From positions 150,501 to 214,500 of the forward strand of contig JASMMA010000004.1 of NCBI GenBank assembly GCA_030748415.1: a stretch of 64,000 nt of DNA, read 5' to 3'. A model generated the notes under the pieces. The model searched no databases. It was given only the letters and a program-made list of their open reading frames with translations, and was not told where the DNA came from. Shown here piece after piece: positions 57,332 to 64,000 of this stretch. How positions within the stretch are numbered: the stretch's first letter is position 1; every line of letters starts with the position of its first letter. A program made the translations under genes and the position numbers. The DNA is from Planctomycetota bacterium (lineage in GTDB: Bacteria; Planctomycetota; UBA1135).

Positions 57332-58417
57332 TCAGTCGCGTGAGCGATGAGGTACAAAGGGGAGAGTGGAAACTTCGACGGGCATTTCTTTGCCGCGGAA
57401 GCTAACAGTGAAAGGGCCCTCGAGGTTTTTTTCAACGAGAGCTGTAGCGATGGGCTTATCTAAGTTGGCGGACCAAATTCCTGAGCAAATGGTGCCCACT
57501 TCCCGGCCGTCGCAAAGAACAGGATAGCCTTCGCGAGGGACCCGCTTCTCGGCCGTGAAACCGATAATTTCGCGCGTGGGTTCGGGGAGGGAACGAAGGG
57601 TGTCGGAACCAACAAAGTTGCGTGTTTTCCAGCCTCGAATCCCGAACCGAAGGCCTGCCTCAAAAGGATTAACTTTTTCGTGAATTTCGTGGCCGTAGAG
57701 GGGGAGGCCGGCTTCGAGGCGGAGGACATCCCGCGAGCCAAGGCCGACAGGAGCGGCGCCCAATTCCAGGAGGCGGCTCCAAAGTTCAGTTGCCTGATTG
57801 GGTTGAAAAAAGATTTCGTAGCCGTGCTCCCCTGTGTAGCCAGTGCGGGCAATGGTGATGGGGCCGATTTTGGGGATTTCGAGAGTTGCTAAATCCAGAA
57901 AGGCGGGGCAGAAACCGGAACGGCCCGAGAGAGCTTCCAGAATTTCGCGCGAGCGGGGGCCCTGCAGGGCCAAAATCCCACCGCCATCTTCAGTAACATC
58001 TTCGAAAGATGCATCGATCATCCGTTTGGATAGGGTGTCGAGGTCGCGTTGGCGGTTCGCCGCATTGACGACCATAAAGAATTCTTCCTCTCCGGTGCGG
58101 TAAACGATGAGGTCATCTAGGATTCCAGCATCCTGCTGAAGTAAAAGGCTGTAGCGGGCCTTGTTTAGAGAGAGGTCGTCCATGCGAGCACCGAGGGCGG
58201 AATCGAGCTCTTTTTCAGCTTGGGGACCACGAAACCAAAAGCGCGCCATGTGGGAAACATCGAAAAGGCCGGCACCAAGTCGAACTTTTTTAGATTCTTC
58301 CAAAATCGACCCATAATCCAGGGGCATTTCCCAACCGGCAAATGGAACCAACTTTGCGCCGGCGGCGTGGTGGGCGGCGTGGAGGGGAGTTTGGTGAAGA
58401 GTGGAAGTTTCGGACAT
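57332..58417 (-). CDS. gcvT: glycine cleavage system aminomethyltransferase T
   Basis: The start at 58417 gives MSETSTLHQTPLHAAHHAAGAKLVPFAGWEMPLDYG. The track ORF's extra 49 codons cover the riboswitch. Confidence 0.93.
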   Translation of the reverse strand: MSETSTLHQTPLHAAHHAAGAKLVPFAGWEMPLDYGSILEESKKVRLGAGLFDVSHMARFWFRGPQAEKELDSALGARMDDLSLNKARYSLLLQQDAGILDDLIVYRTGEEEFFMVVNAANRQRDLDTLSKRMIDASFEDVTEDGGGILALQGPRSREILEALSGRSGFCPAFLDLATLEIPKIGPITIARTGYTGEHGYEIFFQPNQATELWSRLLELGAAPVGLGSRDVLRLEAGLPLYGHEIHEKVNPFEAGLRFGIRGWKTRNFVGSDTLRSLPEPTREIIGFTAEKRVPREGYPVLCDGREVGTICSGIWSANLDKPIATALVEKNLEGPFTVSFRGKEMPVEVSTLPFVPHRSRD

Positions 58418-58429
58418 GGAACCAGATTG

Positions 58430-58625
58430 AGACCTGTCTGGCTGCCCATTCAGGATTCCGTCCGGCCGCGGTCCTTTTACCTGAGAGTTTGGCGGTTGCC
58501 CGCTTGCCCCTTCGGTGTCCGGGGATCCCCGGAGCTCTCCCGCAACTTTCGCTCGGATGAGCATTATCCGTCTTCCCCCAGGCTGAGGTCAACCAATAGG
58601 ACTCTGACCTAATCGGCTGGGGCAC
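58430..58625 (-). promoter_or_regulatory. glycine riboswitch (one clear aptamer, core about 58469-58542, plus an upstream degenerate stem-loop)
   Basis: The minus strand reads GCGGGAGAGCUCCGGGGAUCCCCGGACACCGAAGGGGCAAGCGGGCAACCGCCAAACUCUCAGGUAAAAGGACCGC. This matches the GGAGAG...CACCGAAGGGGCAA...CUCUCAGG.AAAAGGAC consensus, and it lies directly 5' of gcvT. Confidence 0.8.
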
Positions 58626-58843
58626 CCGCGTTCGCAAACTCCCAACGAGTAACAATTTGAAATGGAAAAACTGCTGGGGGCTCACCAAAAACAAAAAAAG
58701 TGCCTAAGTCTCTTTCTTCTAATCTTTTAGATTCCATGTGACCCAGGGGATTAGGTCAGTGTCTTAGTGGGGGCGCCCTTGACGATGGCGCCCCTAACCC
58801 CTAAGATTCCCGGCTCCCTTGTCATTCAACAAGGAATAAAACC

Positions 58844-59152
58844 ATGTCTCGTAAGTGCGAAGTTAGCGGAAAAAGTACCCGAAGCGGCAAAGCCATTGCC
58901 CGCCGTGGTCTCCCCAAAAAGAAGGGTGGCGTTGGTCTCAAAACGACTGGCCACACCAAACGCAAGTTCAAGTCGAACATTCAGAAGCTTCGCGTATTGC
59001 TTCCGAATGGAACTGTTCGTCGAATGAAACTTGCGACATCTGTCATCAAAAAAGGTGAAATCACTGTCAAGATTGACGGCGTTGAACAAACAGTTCCCTT
59101 GGTGAAAGCGCTTCGCGGTCGCAACCGTGAGTTTGTAAAAGGTCAAGCTTAA
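58844..59152 (+). CDS. rpmB: 50S ribosomal protein L28 (with C-terminal extension)
   Basis: It begins MSRKCEVSGKSTRSGKAIARRG....KRKFKSNIQKLRV. Confidence 0.9.
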   Translation: MSRKCEVSGKSTRSGKAIARRGLPKKKGGVGLKTTGHTKRKFKSNIQKLRVLLPNGTVRRMKLATSVIKKGEITVKIDGVEQTVPLVKALRGRNREFVKGQA

Positions 59153-59174
59153 GTCCTAAACATTTCCCAAACTC

Positions 59175-59216
59175 CGCCCAGAAACTTAATTTTCTAGAGT
59201 TTCTGGGCGATTTTTT
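59175..59216 (+). terminator. rho-independent terminator
   Basis: The 12-bp perfect stem cgcccagaaact/agtttctgggcg has an 11-nt loop and is followed by a T6 run. Confidence 0.75.
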
Positions 59217-59317
59217 ATTCGACACAGCCGAAAGAGTCCTTTATGAAGGTGTAGTACCTTCTTCGGGGGACACCTGTCCTCTGACTGAATTCAGATTAAC
59301 CCATTAATGGAGTAACC

Positions 59318-59635
59318 ATGGCAGCTAAGAAAAAACGCAAGGTCGCTAAGCGCAAAGCTACAAAGCGCAAAGCAACCAAACGGAAAGCTACAAAACGGAA
59401 AGCCACAAAGAAAAGGGCTACCAAAAAGAAAGCTACAAAACGGAAAGCCAAAAAGAAAAAGGCTACCAAGAAAAAAGCAACAAAGCGCAAAGCCAAGAGA
59501 AAGGTAGCCAAGAGAAAGGCCACCAAGAAGAAGGCAACAAAGCGTAAAGCTAAGAAGAAGACCACCAAGCGCAAGGCCAAAAAGAAGACTGCCAAGCGTA
59601 AGACCACCAAGAAAAAGGCCGTACGCCGCAAATAG
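59318..59635 (+). CDS. histone H1-like lysine/alanine/threonine repeat protein (putative nucleoid-associated)
   Basis: The 105-aa protein consists almost entirely of reiterated KRKATK/KKKATK units. It lies immediately upstream of HU. Confidence 0.6.
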   Translation: MAAKKKRKVAKRKATKRKATKRKATKRKATKKRATKKKATKRKAKKKKATKKKATKRKAKRKVAKRKATKKKATKRKAKKKTTKRKAKKKTAKRKTTKKKAVRRK

Positions 59636-59774
59636 TGGGCAAATTAGCCGCTTTTAGGCCAAAAGGCCAAATCAACCCTTGACGGGTTGCCAGGTCCTGG
59701 GGGAAGATGGACTCTCTCCCCAGGACCTGAACATTTCCCCCCTCTTAATAAAGTACCTACAAAGGACGAATCTG

Positions 59775-60047
59775 ATGAACAAGCGAGAATTAATCGACTA
59801 CGTTTGCGAAGAACTTGAAACTACCAAGTCTTCCTCCGAAGAAATTGTGAACACCGTATTCGACGGCATCCAGTATGGCGTTAAAAAAGATGGAACTGTT
59901 TCCATTGCTGGCTTTGGCTCCTGGAACAAGCGTAAGCGTGCAGCTCGCATGGGCCGCAATCCCCAGACTGGTGAGGCCATCAAGATTAAGGCAAGCAAGT
60001 CTGTTGCCTTCAAGCCTGCCAAGGCTTGGAAAGAAGATCTGAACTAG
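59775..60047 (+). CDS. hup: DNA-binding protein HU
   Basis: The ATG at 59775 gives MNKRELIDYV...GFGSWNKRKRAARMGRNPQTGEAIKIKASKSVAFKPAKA. The protein is 90 aa. Confidence 0.9.
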   Translation: MNKRELIDYVCEELETTKSSSEEIVNTVFDGIQYGVKKDGTVSIAGFGSWNKRKRAARMGRNPQTGEAIKIKASKSVAFKPAKAWKEDLN

Positions 60048-60065
60048 AGTTAGTTCTTCTTTCAT

Positions 60066-60099
60066 GCGGCACCTCCTGAAAAGAGGTGCCGCTTTTTTT
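60066..60099. terminator. bidirectional rho-independent terminator between convergent hup and metG
   Basis: The 10-bp stem gcggcacctc/gaggtgccgc has a 7-nt loop and is followed by a T7 run. Confidence 0.75.
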
Positions 60100-61852
60100 A
60101 TGCTTTCAGTTGAGAGGCATTCAGGAGATTTTCAATTTCATTTTGAACTTCCTGGTCCTCAATCTTCTTGAAAAGAACTCCGGCCTCTCCCAATGCAAGG
60201 CCCGGTGAAATTTTTGCAGGTGGCGAATCCACTCCTTCCTCACCCCAGAGACTTCCATCACCCGAAGCAACATCTCCCAACATATCTCGCAGTTTTTGGG
60301 CAGAGGTTGGGCAAAACGGAGCCAATCTCCGGGATAGAAGTTCTAGATAAGCAATGCAGCGCTCCAAAACAGCAGAACACTCTTCTAGGTCGGCTTTATT
60401 CTCGGACTTGATGAGTTTCCAGGGAGCTCGGGAATCAAAAAATTGGTTCAAAGAATCACAACCAGCCATAAGGGATTGAGAAGCTTTCCGGTATTCATTT
60501 TTTTCAAGATGGGGGCCCACGGCAGCCCAGGCGCGATCAGCGTCTTTTAATGCCTGGTCGCCATCGCAGCACCCATTCGAAGATGGAACCATCGCGTCGT
60601 ACCTTTTGGCGTTAAATTTCAGAACACGGCTCGCGAAGTTGCCCAACTTGTCGGCGAGGAGGGAGTTGTTCGTGGTTTGGAAGCCTTCCCAAGTAAATTC
60701 GCTATCGGAAGTTTCTGGTGCGGTTATCAACAAATGAAAACGCGCCGCATCGGCAGAGTAGTTCTCGAAAAACTTCTCGTTGTCTAAGTACCAATTTTCC
60801 GAAGTAGAAAATTTGCGACCTTGCAAGTTGTAAAACTCATTTGCAGGAACTGACCAAGGCAAGTTGAGCGGTTTTCCATCCCATGAGTCGCCCTGCCCAA
60901 GGAGCATCGAAGGGAAAACAACCATGTGGAAGGCAATGTTGTCCTTTCCAATAAAATGCACAACTCTGCAATCAGGGTTTTGCCACCAATCGCGCCATGC
61001 CTCGAGATTTCCCTGCTTTTCGGCCCATTCCATTGTTTGAGAAATGTATCCAATGGGCGCATCGAACCAGACATAGAGAACTTTCCCTTCTTCGTCTGTG
61101 ATTCCATCAGGCAATGGCACACCCCAAGGTAAATCCCGCGTGATGGGTCGTTCTTGCAAATCTTTGAGCATAGCTTTGACATGGCCATGTACGTTTGGTT
61201 TCCAATCTGCGTGCGGGCGGCTGGAATCCTTGCCGGTGTACCAATCTTCAAGGCCCAGCTCCTGAATTTTCGGCAAATCCAAATACCAATGACGAGTATC
61301 TTTCAGGATGGGTTTCGAGCCATCAATTAAGCTCGTTGGGTTACCCAGCTGGCTAGCATCAATCCAAGTTCCGCAGGCAGGGCATTCATCGCCCCGAGCT
61401 TTTTCGTGCCCACAGTCCGGACATGTTCCCTGTAGATAACGGTCCGGCAAGAACCGGCCACTTTCTTCGGAAAACCATTGCTTTTCGACTCGATCTTGGA
61501 CGAGCTTTTGCTCAAGAAGGTGCGCGAAGAAAGCCTGAGCCGTTTTCTCGTGGTGTGGACAGCGGGAAGTTCCGCTGAAAATGTCGAAGTGAATCCCAAA
61601 TCGATCAAAGAGGGCCCTGATTTCATTGTGCCATTTATCCAAATATTCGCGGTAGTCACTTCCCTCCTGCTCGGCTTTGAGAGTGATGGCGACCCCATAT
61701 TCATCGGTTCCGCAAACATAAAGCACATCGTTCCCCGTCATGCGCAAATAGCGCACATAAACATCAGCGGGAAGGTAGGCACCCGCCACATGGCCAAAGT
61801 GAATGGGGCCATTGGCGTAAGGAAGCGCAGAAGTCACCAGGAATTGGGCCAT
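60098..61852 (-). CDS. metG: methionine--tRNA ligase
   Basis: The start at 61852 gives MAQFLVTSALPYANGPIHFGHVAG (HIGH-type motif). Zinc-knuckle CPDCG...CPACG and a KFSTS (KMSKS-type) motif are present. Confidence 0.93.
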   Translation of the reverse strand: MAQFLVTSALPYANGPIHFGHVAGAYLPADVYVRYLRMTGNDVLYVCGTDEYGVAITLKAEQEGSDYREYLDKWHNEIRALFDRFGIHFDIFSGTSRCPHHEKTAQAFFAHLLEQKLVQDRVEKQWFSEESGRFLPDRYLQGTCPDCGHEKARGDECPACGTWIDASQLGNPTSLIDGSKPILKDTRHWYLDLPKIQELGLEDWYTGKDSSRPHADWKPNVHGHVKAMLKDLQERPITRDLPWGVPLPDGITDEEGKVLYVWFDAPIGYISQTMEWAEKQGNLEAWRDWWQNPDCRVVHFIGKDNIAFHMVVFPSMLLGQGDSWDGKPLNLPWSVPANEFYNLQGRKFSTSENWYLDNEKFFENYSADAARFHLLITAPETSDSEFTWEGFQTTNNSLLADKLGNFASRVLKFNAKRYDAMVPSSNGCCDGDQALKDADRAWAAVGPHLEKNEYRKASQSLMAGCDSLNQFFDSRAPWKLIKSENKADLEECSAVLERCIAYLELLSRRLAPFCPTSAQKLRDMLGDVASGDGSLWGEEGVDSPPAKISPGLALGEAGVLFKKIEDQEVQNEIENLLNASQLKA

Positions 61853-61962
61853 GGCGGCACAGGATACGGTCTCCACCGTCTTTCCCCTTCTTAGGGGGGA
61901 GCCTAAAGTGTGTGCGGCTTGTGCGCGCCACCCCCAAATCCAAGCGCGCCCAAACCCATCCC

Positions 61963-63141
61963 ATGGCAAGTTTTACTGAACTCGACTTCTACGACCTCAC
62001 GGGCATGCTCGCCGAGGACGACCTCATGGTCCGTGACATGGTGCGTTCATACTGCACCGACAAACTGATGCCCATTGTGGCAGAGCATTGGGAGGCCGGC
62101 ACATTCCCGACTCATGTCATCAAAGAAATGGGCGAACTCGGTTTGCTTGGCCCATCCGTTGCCGAGGAATACGGCGGCGCGGGCATGAGCGGCATTCAAT
62201 ACGGAATCATTTGTCAGGAAATCGAACGCGTGGATTCGGGTTTGCGTTCATTTAATTCCGTTCAAGGGTCTTTGGTGATGTATCCCATCGAAGCCTTCGG
62301 TTCCGAAGAACAAAAGAAGGAGTGGCTCCCCAAACTTGCCTCTGGCGACGCTGTCGGGTGCTTCGGCCTCACCGAGCCTGATTTTGGTTCCGATCCTGCC
62401 GGTATGCGCACTCGTTGTCGCCGCGATGGCGACGATTGGGTTTTAGACGGCCAGAAAATGTGGATTACGAATGGAACGATGTCAGATATTGCCATTGTTT
62501 GGGCCAAAGACGACAGTGGTGTCGTTCAAGGCTTTATTGTTGAAACTGAACGGGACGGTTTTTCCGCTCCCGAACAGAAACACAAGTGGTCTCTCCGGTG
62601 CAGCGTGACGAGTGAGCTTGTGTTGGACGGCGTTCGAGTTCCCGATTCGAACCGTTTGCCGAACACTTCCAACATGAAGTCTCCGTTGAGCTGCTTGACT
62701 CAGGCCCGATACGGAATCGCATGGGGTGCAGTGGGGGCCATGCAAGCATGTTTTGACGAAGCACTCCGCTATTCCAAAGAAAGGAAAATTTACGACAAAC
62801 CCCTGGCCGGTTTTCAACTCACCGCTGACAAGTTGGCGGAGATGGCAACTGAAATCACGAAAGCTCAATTGTTAGCATTCCGGTTGGGTCAACTAAAAGA
62901 TGCGGGCACTCTCTTGCCAAAGCATGTATCCATGGCCAAACGGAATAATGTTTCTAAAGCCCTCGAAATGGCCCACACTTGCCGCACAATGTTGGGCGCC
63001 AACGGAATTACCCTCGAATATCAATCGGGTCGCCATATGTGCAACTTGGAAACCGTTCTGACTTATGAAGGCACTCACGAAATTCACTCTCTGATTTTGG
63101 GCCATGCCCTATCAGGGGTAGCCCCTTACGGAGATCGTTAA
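61963..63141 (+). CDS. gcdH: glutaryl-CoA dehydrogenase (acyl-CoA dehydrogenase family)
   Basis: The ATG at 61963 gives MASFTELDFYDLTGMLAEDDLMVRDMVRSY. ACAD motifs follow (CFGLTEPDFGSDPAGM, YEGTHEIHSLILG). Confidence 0.8.
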   Translation: MASFTELDFYDLTGMLAEDDLMVRDMVRSYCTDKLMPIVAEHWEAGTFPTHVIKEMGELGLLGPSVAEEYGGAGMSGIQYGIICQEIERVDSGLRSFNSVQGSLVMYPIEAFGSEEQKKEWLPKLASGDAVGCFGLTEPDFGSDPAGMRTRCRRDGDDWVLDGQKMWITNGTMSDIAIVWAKDDSGVVQGFIVETERDGFSAPEQKHKWSLRCSVTSELVLDGVRVPDSNRLPNTSNMKSPLSCLTQARYGIAWGAVGAMQACFDEALRYSKERKIYDKPLAGFQLTADKLAEMATEITKAQLLAFRLGQLKDAGTLLPKHVSMAKRNNVSKALEMAHTCRTMLGANGITLEYQSGRHMCNLETVLTYEGTHEIHSLILGHALSGVAPYGDR

Positions 63142-63143
63142 AG

Positions 63144-64000
63144 ATGAGTGATTTCTTTCGCTGGCTCATGCACACCCCCGGGCAACCTCTCATCAAAGAG
63201 GAGGGGACTGCACCGGAACCAGGCCCCGGAGAAGTTCGGGTCAAAATTGCTGGTTGTGGTGTTTGCCATACGGATATCGGCTTCCATACTGAGGGGGGCG
63301 TTCGAACGAATCACGAACTGCCACTAGCCCTGGGACATGAAATCTCCGGAACTGTTGAAGTTTGTGGAGAGGGTTCCGAGGAATGGGCGGGCCGCCCCGT
63401 TGTTGTTCCGGCAGTTTTGCCTTGCGGGGACTGCGAACTCTGTAAGGCAGGTTGTGAAACATCATGTCGGCAACAGAAAATGCCCGGCAACGATTTCCAC
63501 GGCGGCTTTGCTTCTCACATCGTTTTGCCATCGCGTTGGTTGGTGGATGCTAGCGGTCTTCCTGAAGAGCTAGCCCTTGCGGATGTTTCAGTCCTCGCCG
63601 ATGCCATTTCCACTCCTTACCAAGCTTGCGTTCGGGCTGATGTTTGTGATGGCGATTCCATGGTCATCATTGGCGCTGGCGGAGTCGGTTCTTTCGGAAT
63701 TCAGATTGCCCGTGCCATGGGTGCCCGCGTAATTGCTGTAGATATTGATGACAGCAAACTTGAACGCGCGCTTGAGTACGGTGCCATTGCAACCGTGAAC
63801 ACCCGCGGAATGGAACCAAAAGAAGCGCGAAAAGCGGTCCAAACTGCTTGCAAGGAACATTCCTTTCCTCGGGTCAAATTAAAGGTGCTCGAAATGAGTG
63901 GGACTCCTCCTGGGCAAGAGCTCGCTTGGAACCTCATGAACTTTTCGGGCGTTGTTGGAATTGTGGGTTTCACTCTCAAGCGAGTTGAAGTTCGCCTCTC
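63144..64000 (+). CDS. zinc-dependent alcohol dehydrogenase (MDR) family protein, 3' end beyond the window
   Basis: This frame is absent from the ORF track because it has no stop codon. I translated it by hand: GCGVCHTD, GHEISG, CGDCELCKAGCETSC and IIGAGGVGSFGIQIA. It stays open to nt 64000. Confidence 0.8.
   Translation, partial: MSDFFRWLMHTPGQPLIKEEGTAPEPGPGEVRVKIAGCGVCHTDIGFHTEGGVRTNHELPLALGHEISGTVEVCGEGSEEWAGRPVVVPAVLPCGDCELCKAGCETSCRQQKMPGNDFHGGFASHIVLPSRWLVDASGLPEELALADVSVLADAISTPYQACVRADVCDGDSMVIIGAGGVGSFGIQIARAMGARVIAVDIDDSKLERALEYGAIATVNTRGMEPKEARKAVQTACKEHSFPRVKLKVLEMSGTPPGQELAWNLMNFSGVVGIVGFTLKRVEVRL

Noticed and set aside
58601-58763. An imperfect inverted repeat of about 25 bp occurs between the riboswitch and rpmB: actctgacctaatcggctggggcac and gtgacccaggggattaggtcagtg.
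   Set aside because: The left arm is part of the riboswitch-leader stem-loop. The pairing partner is 130 nt away in the divergent promoter region and contains mismatches. This is not enough to call a distinct element.
58770-58840. Two small hairpins lie in the rpmB leader (ggggcgcc...ggcgcccc and ccttgt...acaagg). I considered them as a possible ribosomal-protein autoregulatory leader.
   Set aside because: The stems are short, and I do not recognise a known L28 leader motif. Without comparative data this remains speculative.
59296-59631. A 111-aa minus-strand ORF is rich in F/L/V/A (FFLVAFRFVAFFLV...).
   Set aside because: It is the mirror image of the Lys-codon repeat (AAG/AAA read as CTT/TTT). 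The plus-strand gene has a proper ATG, flanking terminators and a plausible product.

Overview
This is a 64-kb chromosomal window from an unidentified diderm, rod-shaped bacterium; I cannot assign a taxon from the sequence alone. It is gene-dense, and many adjacent genes overlap by 4 nt (ATGA), which suggests translational coupling. Most of it is housekeeping. From left to right: a pseudopilin-containing operon, scpB, a minus-strand block (MFP plus two RND permeases, ribH, nusB, ftsY, O-antigen-ligase-like gene), moeA, lnt, and mreB-mreC-mreD-mrdA-rodA. These are followed by tdh-kbl, a RIC di-iron protein, two tandem K+ uptake systems behind two TPR genes, and a lipoprotein cluster with a 956-aa Ig-like lipoprotein. 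The right side holds folA-thyA, an S8 peptidase, a glycine-riboswitch-controlled gcvT-H-PA-PB-lplA operon, rpmB, an H1-like lysine-repeat protein next to HU, metG, gcdH and a 3'-truncated Zn-ADH. The stand-out feature is a complete diversity-generating retroelement (DGR) at about 45.6-48.6 kb. It consists of a secreted FGE/C-type-lectin-fold target gene with a C-terminal variable repeat (VR 46677-46800), an HRDC-type accessory gene, a DGR-type reverse transcriptase, and a 124-bp template repeat (TR 48378-48501) rich in AAC codons. In my manual alignment, 17 of the 19 VR/TR differences fall on TR adenines. The DGR sits in a repeat-rich, scarred neighbourhood. This includes a decayed second copy of the accessory gene, a P-loop ATPase fragment, 166-bp near-identical inverted repeats bracketing folA-thyA-protease, a 2 x 75-bp tandem repeat, and a 15-bp perfect inverted repeat just upstream of the target gene. 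Separately, short duplicated gene termini (30 bp of the rodA 3' end, 25 bp of the trkH 3' end) bracket the tdh-kbl-ric block, which suggests a past insertion. No rRNA, tRNA, CRISPR array, integrase or transposase was recognised.
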